Part shown: positions 50,192 through 58,644 of the stretch, in pieces | How positions within the stretch are numbered: position 1 is the stretch's first letter | Layout: each line of letters starts with the position of its first letter | Source of the DNA: Candidatus Delongbacteria bacterium | GTDB taxonomy: Bacteria > CAIWAD01 | NCBI GenBank assembly: GCA_963663545.1 | Contig: OY760505.1 | Coordinates: 3,104,001-3,168,000, forward strand | Reading direction: 5' to 3' | DNA: 64,000 nt | Position numbers and translations under genes: made by a program | Notes under the pieces: model-generated | The model's input: only the letters and a program-made list of their open reading frames with translations | Database searches by the model: none | Told to the model about the DNA's origin: nothing

Positions 50192-53146
50192 ATGGCCTAC
50201 ATCAAGCGCATTCTTGCCATCGATGATGATCCCGATGCACTAAAAATCTTGAGCGAGTATCTCATTCTTGAGGGCTACGATGTCCTGACCGCCGTCGATG
50301 GCGGCAGGGGCGTTGATGTTCTCGCGCGGGAAGAAGTGCAGTTGGTCATTACCGACCTGAACATGCCCGGTCTGTCGGGTATGGATGTGATCGATATCGT
50401 TCGCAAGAATCACCCACTGGTTCAAGTGATTGTGGTCACCGGCTACGGCACCATGGAAACAGTGCTGGAGGCCTTACACAAGGGAGCCATCGACTATCTC
50501 GAGAAGCCCTTCTTGCTGGAGATCCTCAAGCTCTCCTTGCGAAAGGCCGAGCGACAGTATGAAATCGATCAACGACTGGCAGAGTTGCGCGCCGAGCCAG
50601 CTCCTGTTTCGGCTGATGGACTGCAGCTCGATGGCTTGATCGAAATGTTGCCCCAGCCGCTGGCGTTGCTTTCCAATGAAGGCAGGCTGCTGGGGGCAAA
50701 TCCGAGATTCCTGGACCTCTTCGGTGAAGCCGATGGCGAAGGTTATCCTGCACAACTCAAGGGACGCCAACGCCGCTTGTGGACACAGTTGACGGGAGAG
50801 CCAGAGGAGGGGGCCAGCGAACTGGTGAACGTCGACAGTGAAGGCCGCGAGGAAGTGCTTGAGCTGACTTTGCATCGCCTGTCGGGAGAGCGCTGGCTTG
50901 TGAGTGCCCAGGAAGTCCACTGGGAAGAAGAGGACGGTGGATCCTGCCCCTTGGGGACCTTGGTCGTTAGCGCCATTGGCACGGTGCTGTGGGCGGACGC
51001 AGCCTCTGTTGAGTTCTTCGAGCTAGAGGATCAGGTCGGCGACTTGAGCCTCTTTGAGCTCTTCGGACAGGAAAGCCGTGAGACATTTCGCAAGGCCATT
51101 GCCGAAGAGCAGGCGCTGAGCGCACGTCGTCGCTGGACCTTGAATCTCTCGACCATGGGCACCTATACGATGCAGGTCGATGTGGATGTCGCACCGCTGC
51201 TTGACGATCAGGATCGCCGAATGGCTTCGGTGATACATCTGCAGCGCCACCGCAGTGGTTTACCCAGTCAGCATTATGACCGCCGCGTGGCGGTGGGCCG
51301 TACTGTGCCGCTCTTGTACATCGATGAAGCGGGGCACGTGACCGGCGCCTCCAGGGCTTTTCTGGATCTGGCCGCCTGCAGCATGGACGAGATTCGAGGC
51401 GAACCCCTGAGGGAGATTCTGCGACCGGCCGCGCAGGTTGGCCATCTGTTGTTCCGTGCAGGAAGCCATAGTCGCGAGCTGATCTGTCGTGCCGACAGTA
51501 TCACGACGGGCGGCCGCGTGTTACAATTCGCTCATCAGCCTGCAGCCCAATTGGCGGACCAGATTCTTGAGCAGAAGGAACAGCTGTTTCGTGCGACAAA
51601 CATGCTCTCGAACCTGCTCAATGGCGATCGTAGCGCGAATCAATTGCGCTCGCGCCTTGATGATGTAGCACGCACAGTAGTGGATGCGGGGTTCTTCCGT
51701 CGGGCCTTCATTTTTATTCAGCAGGGCCAGGAAGTCCACTGGGGTTTCGCCGGTTACAGTGAAGCTGAGCAGGAGCAAATACGCCGTGATCCAAACTGGC
51801 AGAAACTGTGCGCCAGTCCGGATGAGCGCTGCCTTCCTTTGGGAACCGGAAAACTGGTTTGTCCAGGGTACGAGGGAGCCGAGCTTCCCGAAGCCTGGGG
51901 TGAGAATTACCGTCTGCTGCTGCCCGTAAAGCGCCAGGATGGTGAAGAAATCGGCTACATGCGTGTGACAGCAAATCCGCGCGGTGTGATACCCAACGCG
52001 GCGCTGGTGCACGTCTTCGAATTGATGTTACGTCAAGTGGCTGTATCACTGGATGAGATTGCCCTTGAAAAGCACGTGCGTCGTACCGAAGAGATGTACC
52101 GCGCTCTTTATGACAACGCCCGATATCCCATTGTCATTGTCAGCCTGGAAGATGGCCGCATTATCGATGTGAACCGTGAGACGGCCAATCTGTTGCAGTA
52201 CACGCGTGACGAGCTGGTTGGGCGTCGCATTTGGGAAACACGCGTCGAGGAGTATCGCGAGCAGGCGCGCCGCAACTGGCTATCTGCCGTGAGACACGAA
52301 ATCGGCCGATTCGAGAATGTGCCTCTGGCCTGCAAGGACGGCACCGTTGTCTTTACCGATTACGAAGTCGTCTACAGCGAAATCGATGGCCGTCCCGTGT
52401 TACAAGGTTTCTATCGTGACGTCACCGAGAAGCAGGCCATGCAGTACACGCTGATCCAGAGCCAGAAGTTGGCTGGATTAGGACAGCTGTCGGCGGGCAT
52501 TGCCCATGAGCTTCGCAACCCTCTAGGCATCATCAATAGCTCGCTCTTTTTCGTGAGACAAGTGCTGGAGAAGGAACAGCGCCCCATCAGTGATCAGCTG
52601 CACAAGCACTTGGGCATCATGCAAAATGAACTGGACCGCGCCAAGAAGATCATCGAAAACCTGCTTTCCTTCAGCCGCGTGTCCAATCAGGAGCGCGAAG
52701 CCGTAGATCTGAACGACTTGTTGCGTGTTACACTGGACCTGATGAAAAAGGAGCTGCTGGTCAACAATATCCGTCTGCTGACGGATCTGGCAGACCTTCC
52801 CTTGGTCTATCTTAATCTTGACGAGCTGAAGCAGGCTTTTCTCAATGTGATACTCAATTCCACTCAGGCAATGCCCGATGGAGGGGAATTGACCATTCGC
52901 AGCCGCCGTGAAAGCGCCGAGAGGGTCGTGCTGGAGTTTTGTGATACGGGCTGTGGCATCAGCAAGGAAGACCTCGCCAACGTGTTCAACCCCTTCTTTA
53001 CAACCAAGGACCCGGGAGTGGGCACAGGCCTCGGCCTTTCACTGACGCATTCCTTTATTCGCCGTGCCGGCGGCGATTTGACCATTGAATCCGAACCGAA
53101 CGTGGGAACGACCGTGCGCGTTTTCCTGCCCTGTACCATGGAGTAA
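50192..53146 (+). CDS. Hybrid sensor histidine kinase (REC, PAS domains, HisKA, HATPase)
   Basis: N-terminal REC (DDD, TDLNMP); AHELRNPL, DTGCGI, FFTTK, GTGLGL. Confidence 0.92.
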   Translation: MAYIKRILAIDDDPDALKILSEYLILEGYDVLTAVDGGRGVDVLAREEVQLVITDLNMPGLSGMDVIDIVRKNHPLVQVIVVTGYGTMETVLEALHKGAIDYLEKPFLLEILKLSLRKAERQYEIDQRLAELRAEPAPVSADGLQLDGLIEMLPQPLALLSNEGRLLGANPRFLDLFGEADGEGYPAQLKGRQRRLWTQLTGEPEEGASELVNVDSEGREEVLELTLHRLSGERWLVSAQEVHWEEEDGGSCPLGTLVVSAIGTVLWADAASVEFFELEDQVGDLSLFELFGQESRETFRKAIAEEQALSARRRWTLNLSTMGTYTMQVDVDVAPLLDDQDRRMASVIHLQRHRSGLPSQHYDRRVAVGRTVPLLYIDEAGHVTGASRAFLDLAACSMDEIRGEPLREILRPAAQVGHLLFRAGSHSRELICRADSITTGGRVLQFAHQPAAQLADQILEQKEQLFRATNMLSNLLNGDRSANQLRSRLDDVARTVVDAGFFRRAFIFIQQGQEVHWGFAGYSEAEQEQIRRDPNWQKLCASPDERCLPLGTGKLVCPGYEGAELPEAWGENYRLLLPVKRQDGEEIGYMRVTANPRGVIPNAALVHVFELMLRQVAVSLDEIALEKHVRRTEEMYRALYDNARYPIVIVSLEDGRIIDVNRETANLLQYTRDELVGRRIWETRVEEYREQARRNWLSAVRHEIGRFENVPLACKDGTVVFTDYEVVYSEIDGRPVLQGFYRDVTEKQAMQYTLIQSQKLAGLGQLSAGIAHELRNPLGIINSSLFFVRQVLEKEQRPISDQLHKHLGIMQNELDRAKKIIENLLSFSRVSNQEREAVDLNDLLRVTLDLMKKELLVNNIRLLTDLADLPLVYLNLDELKQAFLNVILNSTQAMPDGGELTIRSRRESAERVVLEFCDTGCGISKEDLANVFNPFFTTKDPGVGTGLGLSLTHSFIRRAGGDLTIESEPNVGTTVRVFLPCTME

Positions 53147-53155
53147 GGGATCACG

Positions 53156-54547
53156 ATGACACAACGATTGCGCATTCTTCTGGTGGACGATGAAATCAAC
53201 ATGCTTGAATCGCTGGGCGATGTATTACGCGCTGAGCGTTATCAGGTGGCAACGGCAAATTCCGGTGCCGAGGCAGTTGAGCGTCTCGAGAAGGAACCCG
53301 ACTTCGATCTGATGATCACCGACCTCAAGATGCCGCGTATGGGCGGTATGGAACTGTTGCAGAAGGTTTCGGAGCGCTGGCCCAGCTTGCACACCATGGT
53401 GTTGACGGGACATGGCAGTATCGAGAGCGCGGTACAGGCCATGCGCATGGGCGCCTACGATTTCATTCTGAAGCCCTTCAAGCCCGACGAAGCGCTGCGC
53501 ATCATTGGGCGCCTGGATGAGAAGCTCAACGGCCTGGTGCAGGAAAACACCCTGATGTCGGACCTGTCCCAGCGCTACGGCTTTGACTCCATCATTGGCA
53601 ACAGCCCGGCCATCATGGACCTGTTTAAAAAAGTGGCGACCGCGGCCAAATCCAATGCGTCCATTCTGGTGACTGGTGAGTCGGGAACAGGAAAGGAGCT
53701 TGTAGCCCACGTGGTGCACTACTTCAGTCACCGCGCCAACAAGCCCTTCATCAAAACCAGTTGTGCCGCCTTTGGTGAGGGCGTGCTTGAGTCCGAGCTT
53801 TTCGGCCACGAGCGCGGTGCTTTTACCCACGCCGTCGAGCAGCGCAAGGGACGTTTCGAGCTTGCCGACAAGGGCACGCTCTTTCTGGATGAAGTGGGCG
53901 ACATTCCGCTGCACACGCAGACCAAGCTGGTTCGTGTGTTACAAACCAAGGAATTCGAGCGCGTCGGCGGAACAGACACCTTAAAGGTCGATGTGCGCAT
54001 TATTGCGGCCACTCACCGCAACGTGCGGGAAATGATCAGCCAGAGTCGTTTTCGCGAAGATTTGTATTACAGATTGAATGTGATACCAATTCATGTTCCC
54101 CCGCTGCGCGAGCGCCGCGAGGACATTCCACTGCTGGTGAATCACTTCGTCAAGCTCTTTGCCCGAGAAATGGGCAAGAAGGTCGAAGGAGTTTCCAAGT
54201 CGATGATGAACGAGCTGCAGAACTACGAGTGGCCGGGAAACATTCGTGAGCTGCGCAATGTTGTCGAGCGCGCTGTTGTGTTCTGCGAAGGACGACAGTT
54301 GACCATGGCCGATCTGACGCATGATGCTATCGGTGAAGCCAAGCAGGATGGATACCAGCTCAAACTGAAATCCCTCAGTTTGCAGGAGACCGAAGCTGCA
54401 TTAATTACACACTGCCTCAATTTGACCAAGTGGAATCTGTCGCAGACAGCCAAATTACTTGAGATCAGTCGAGGCACACTGTACTCGAAAATGGTCAAGC
54501 TGGGATTGCGTGACAACGAGGAGGAAGGCGATAAGGGCGAGGAATAG
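53156..54547 (+). CDS. Sigma-54-dependent response regulator (NtrC family)
   Basis: REC TDLKMP; GESGTGKE, GAFTHA, FLDEVG, WPGNIRELRN, HTH. Confidence 0.94.
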   Translation: MTQRLRILLVDDEINMLESLGDVLRAERYQVATANSGAEAVERLEKEPDFDLMITDLKMPRMGGMELLQKVSERWPSLHTMVLTGHGSIESAVQAMRMGAYDFILKPFKPDEALRIIGRLDEKLNGLVQENTLMSDLSQRYGFDSIIGNSPAIMDLFKKVATAAKSNASILVTGESGTGKELVAHVVHYFSHRANKPFIKTSCAAFGEGVLESELFGHERGAFTHAVEQRKGRFELADKGTLFLDEVGDIPLHTQTKLVRVLQTKEFERVGGTDTLKVDVRIIAATHRNVREMISQSRFREDLYYRLNVIPIHVPPLRERREDIPLLVNHFVKLFAREMGKKVEGVSKSMMNELQNYEWPGNIRELRNVVERAVVFCEGRQLTMADLTHDAIGEAKQDGYQLKLKSLSLQETEAALITHCLNLTKWNLSQTAKLLEISRGTLYSKMVKLGLRDNEEEGDKGEE

Positions 54548-54582
54548 ACCACGCCCCGCCGGTGTCACGGGAGAGGTAGCTT

Positions 54583-57162
54583 GTGATACGGGAGCCGGAC
54601 AACCAGACCAATCTGGGCCTAAGGGCTCATGAAGTAGATCGCCTGCTTGGTGGCCTGCTGGATTCCGCCGTGGACCTGATTGGTGCACAGCGCGGCTCCG
54701 TCATGTTGCCTGCGGGCGATGGTCGTCTGCGCATTCGCCTGGCTCGCGGCCTTTCCGCCGACCTCGTAGAACGTGTAGCCCAGGATCCAGACACTGGCGT
54801 GGCCGGTCGTGTGATACGCGCCGGGAAACCCGAACACCTTACCGGATCCCACAACGGTCGTCAACTTGATGAAGCTCTTGTCCTGCCGTTGCGGATAGGT
54901 CGTGATACACTGGGAACCCTGAATCTGGGCCGTCACGGTGGCGACGCCTGGGCTCCGCCGCTGCGTGAACGCACCATCAACTTCGTCTCCAAAGCCGGCG
55001 AAGTGTTCGATGTAGTACGCCTAGGCCACGAGCGCGAACGCCGTCTGGCAGATCAGGAACGCCAACTGGCCTACGCTCGCGTTTTTGGCTCTACGCGAGA
55101 CCTGGACCGCATCGTGGAACTGCTGCTGGGCTGCGCTCGCGAATTGACGGGAAGTACGACGGCGGTTGTCGATCTGGCGGGAGGCAGCACGGAAGAACTC
55201 TACCTGGATGGCGTACTGCCGCCTACCGGTGATCGCCTGCGTGCAATTCTCAAACAGGGCTTGAGTGTGCTTCCCGCTTCGCGCATCAAGCATCTGCGCA
55301 GTTTGCAGTTGCTCCAATCAGGACATCCCCTGCGTGCGCTGGCCGATGAATCGCTGGCACACAGCCTGCTGCAAATGCCGCTGGTGTTCGGCTACCGGCA
55401 GCTGGGACGTCTGATCTTGCTGGATATGGGACCACGCAGTCTGCGCAGTGAAGGATTGCGCTTGCTCAACCTGCTCTGCCAGGAAGCCGCCGTGGCACTG
55501 GATCAAGCCCAGGCCATGCGCGAGCTGCAGCAGATGGCTTTTGTGGATCCGCTCACGCGACTGGCCAACCGCCATTATTGGATGCAGCGATTTACCGAAG
55601 AGCTGACACGTGCCTCACGCCGCCGACAGCCGCTGTCCTTGTTACTGCTTGACATCGACCACTTCAAACTCTACAACGATACCTACGGTCACCAGGTTGG
55701 CGATCAGGTGCTGCGTATGGTTGCCAATGTGATACGCAACTGCAGCCGCGAAGTCGATGCTGCAGGGCGCTACGGTGGTGAGGAGTTTGGCGTTCTGCTG
55801 CCTGAAACGGGCGAGCAGGGAGCCTGTGGCGTGGCCGAGCGCATTCGTCGGCAGGTGGCCAGTTTGCGATTGGGCAATGTGGTCGAGGGCCGTGGCCTGA
55901 CAATTTCCATCGGTGTAGCCACGATCGAAAACGGCGCGGCATCAGCGGCCGAACTGATCGCGCGTTCCGACGCGGCTCTGCTGGCTTCGAAAGCCGAAGG
56001 ACGCAATCGAGTGCGTCTTCATTCAGCGCGGGGTATTGAAGACGTGCAGGCCGAAGAAGCCATGCCCGCCAATGGCCAGCATGGCGGTCTGCAGATGATT
56101 CTGGCGGGCTGCAACAGCGGTGAGCGTCTTTCACTGGGTGCGCTCTGCGAGCGCAGCGGATGCCAGGTCCGCTTGCTGGAGTCGGGCGAGAGCCTGCTGG
56201 CCGAACTACGACGCCAGACTCCCGAGTTGGTGATGCTGGACGTTCGCAATCCGGACGGGCTGCAACTACTGGAACGGCTGAAACGGTTGGACCCACTGCT
56301 TCCGGTGCTAGCACTTGTGGCGCGTGAGACGCCCGAGTTGGCTGCAGAAGCGGTGCGCACAGGTGCAGACGATTATCTGCGCATGCCCTGTATTCACGAC
56401 GAACTACGTCGTAGCCTGGAGAAGATGCGTCAGCGTCGCATGCGCCTTAGTCGCACAGAACAGCCGCAATCGGGCGGTGGCGAGCAGGAGCTGGGAGAGC
56501 AGCAACTGGTGCACATCGCCGGTATCGCACAGCGTGACTTTCGCGAGCACGCCGCGCGCCTGCGCGTGTTACAGGAGTTCAACCGCCGCAGTCTTGAGCA
56601 TCCCATCCGTGGTGCGCTGATGATCGATCGCGGACAGCGTCTGGTGCAGGCCAATCGCCGCGCCTGCGAAATGCTGGGGCTGCAGGAAGGCGAAACCCTG
56701 GGGCGTCGCCTCTTTGAATTGGCGCCGACTCTGGATGATATGCGCGTGAGGCGCGCGCTGGTTCACCTTGAGCAGACCGCCGAAGAAGTACTGATCAATG
56801 ACATCTGGCTTCGTGCGCCTGGTGCTGATACCAGCCAGCTTCACAAGATTCAGCTCAAGCCTGTGGAGCTGGACAAGGGCGAGGGCTACATCCTGATCAC
56901 CCTGGAAAACCTGCTCGATCGCCAGGTGCTGGAGGAGGAGCGCACACGGCTGAGGATTCGGATTCTACGCGAGGTTCGCGGTGAGATTGCACAGCAGCTG
57001 CAGCTTGTGGCAACCCGCGGAGAGCTGCTGCTTCAGCGACTGCAAAACACACCACGCCGTGACACCGTAATCAAGCGCGATCTGTTGCGCATTCTTGAAG
57101 ACGCCGATCGCATCGACCAGATGCTGGCGGATCTTTCAAAAGGCAACACTCCCCGGTCCTGA
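54583..57162 (+). CDS. Multidomain diguanylate cyclase (GAF, GAF, GGDEF, REC-like, PAS-like)
   Basis: DPLTRLANR, DIDHFKLYND, REVD I-site, RYGGEEF; then LVMLDV..DG..GADDYL. Confidence 0.85.
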   Translation: MIREPDNQTNLGLRAHEVDRLLGGLLDSAVDLIGAQRGSVMLPAGDGRLRIRLARGLSADLVERVAQDPDTGVAGRVIRAGKPEHLTGSHNGRQLDEALVLPLRIGRDTLGTLNLGRHGGDAWAPPLRERTINFVSKAGEVFDVVRLGHERERRLADQERQLAYARVFGSTRDLDRIVELLLGCARELTGSTTAVVDLAGGSTEELYLDGVLPPTGDRLRAILKQGLSVLPASRIKHLRSLQLLQSGHPLRALADESLAHSLLQMPLVFGYRQLGRLILLDMGPRSLRSEGLRLLNLLCQEAAVALDQAQAMRELQQMAFVDPLTRLANRHYWMQRFTEELTRASRRRQPLSLLLLDIDHFKLYNDTYGHQVGDQVLRMVANVIRNCSREVDAAGRYGGEEFGVLLPETGEQGACGVAERIRRQVASLRLGNVVEGRGLTISIGVATIENGAASAAELIARSDAALLASKAEGRNRVRLHSARGIEDVQAEEAMPANGQHGGLQMILAGCNSGERLSLGALCERSGCQVRLLESGESLLAELRRQTPELVMLDVRNPDGLQLLERLKRLDPLLPVLALVARETPELAAEAVRTGADDYLRMPCIHDELRRSLEKMRQRRMRLSRTEQPQSGGGEQELGEQQLVHIAGIAQRDFREHAARLRVLQEFNRRSLEHPIRGALMIDRGQRLVQANRRACEMLGLQEGETLGRRLFELAPTLDDMRVRRALVHLEQTAEEVLINDIWLRAPGADTSQLHKIQLKPVELDKGEGYILITLENLLDRQVLEEERTRLRIRILREVRGEIAQQLQLVATRGELLLQRLQNTPRRDTVIKRDLLRILEDADRIDQMLADLSKGNTPRS

Positions 57163-57190
57163 CCTCCCGTCAAAAAAATAGCGCAGCATC

Positions 57191-57219
57191 TTGCACGAAA
57201 GGTGATCGGGCTATATATT
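57191..57219 (+). promoter_or_regulatory. Sigma-70-type promoter of the tRNA cluster
   Basis: TTGCAC-17 nt-TATATT, ending 16 nt before tRNA-Ala. Confidence 0.6.
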
Positions 57220-57235
57220 GGGGGTCTTCTTTGAC

Positions 57236-57309
57236 GGGGCATTAGCTCAGTTTGGGAGAGCGCTTGACTGGCAGTCAAGAGGTCAGCGGTTCGATCCCGC
57301 TATGCTCCA
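57236..57309 (+). tRNA. tRNA-Ala(GGC)
   Basis: Acceptor GGGGCAT/ATGCTCC with G3:U70; anticodon loop CT-GGC-AG; GGTTCGATCCC. Confidence 0.95.
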
Positions 57310-57378
57310 CTCGTTGAAATCTGCAGCTTGCGCAAGAGAACGGAAAATGGTTCATTGTTCGTCCTTGCGACTGCAAAT

Positions 57379-57451
57379 GCGAGAGTAACTCAGTTGGTAG
57401 AGTGCCACGTTGCCAACGTGGTTGTCGCGGGTTCGAGTCCCGTCTCTCGCT
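57379..57451 (+). tRNA. tRNA-Gly(GCC)
   Basis: Acceptor GCGAGAG/CTCTCGC; CCACG-TTGCCAA-CGTGG; GGTTCGAGTCC. Confidence 0.95.
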
Positions 57452-57496
57452 TTGTCCGCACCGCGGACGCGTCCGCCTAGGCGGACGTTTCTTTTT

Positions 57497-57567
<71 letters not shown>

Positions 57568-57577
57568 TCGAAAAGGC

Positions 57578-57612
57578 AAAGCCCATATCCCCTCAGGATC
57601 ATGGGCTTTTTC
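57578..57612 (+). terminator. Terminator after the tRNA cluster
   Basis: AAAGCCCAT...ATGGGCTTTTTT. Confidence 0.75.
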
Positions 57613-57903
57613 ATTCCCGGTGAACCACAGCATGCACTACAACACAATCCGGACCGTGGAGGGCTTCTCGGCTGATTTGCGAGATCTTCTTGGTGCTCAG
57701 GCCTTTTTCGCGGCATCCACTTTACCTGTGTCATCTTTGACACGAGAACCCTAGTTTGGGGCCCGATAAAGCTGAATGTGTGCATTTTCCGGCGGTCTGC
57801 CCTGAAGTTCCACCGCCCTAATGCAGATAAGGAACCGTATTGTGTTTCCGCTCTGAAGTCCTGGCAGACGAGGCGGAATCGTGGAGAGGATGGAGAGAGC
57901 TGA

Positions 57904-58644
57904 ATGTCCCAGCGACGCGGCCTAGATGATTTACTTGAACTGGGTCTCCCGGCGGAGGTAGCCCTGCGTGCTGCAGAGCTGATCCGTGAGGGCGGCAGCG
58001 ACGCAGAGCTGCTCGCGCTTCTGCAGGGCTCGCCCGTGTTGCTTCTCCTGCTCATCCGTTTTGCTTCCTGCAGTTTCTATTCCTCCTGTGATACACCCAT
58101 TGATGAAGGCGGAGCCTGGCGCATGCTGGGGGGGCGACGCCTGCGTCCATACTTTGCAGCTGTGTTACAAGTTATGCCCGCACAGGCTGAACTGCCGCAA
58201 GCGGCCTCTTGGCGTGAACGCATGCAGCAAGCGGCCGATGCCGTGTTACAGGTCTGCAGCCGAGGGCGCAACGACGCTGCGCGCACACTTCTGCGGTTGC
58301 TGGAATTGGTTCCCATGCTTAGCGAACGCCGTACACGAAGCGTACCGTCCTGGCAGGAGTGGGGGCACAGCCTGTTGGTGCTGCTACAGGAACACGTCAG
58401 CAGTACGAGTCCACTGGTGGCGCTGGCCCAATGCCTGGACGCTCCGCACGCCTGCAAGGTGAGCGAGGAACTGCGTCGCCAGGCGGCCATGGTGCACCTT
58501 AGTCTGGCCCTTGCCGAGCAGGGCTTGCGTACTTTGCCGGGAAGCGGTGCAAGCGCAATTCCCGCCTGCAATCCCGAAGTCTGGTCCATTCTTGATCTAT
58601 CGCCCTGGCGTCTGCAGAACCTGCTCGAGGAAGCCCATGTCTGA
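57904..58644 (+). CDS. Degenerate HDOD-domain-like protein
   Basis: SPVLLLLLIRFASCSFY...AWRMLG resembles the HDOD DPxLxxxLLRxANS...AixxLG pattern. Confidence 0.5.
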   Translation: MSQRRGLDDLLELGLPAEVALRAAELIREGGSDAELLALLQGSPVLLLLLIRFASCSFYSSCDTPIDEGGAWRMLGGRRLRPYFAAVLQVMPAQAELPQAASWRERMQQAADAVLQVCSRGRNDAARTLLRLLELVPMLSERRTRSVPSWQEWGHSLLVLLQEHVSSTSPLVALAQCLDAPHACKVSEELRRQAAMVHLSLALAEQGLRTLPGSGASAIPACNPEVWSILDLSPWRLQNLLEEAHV

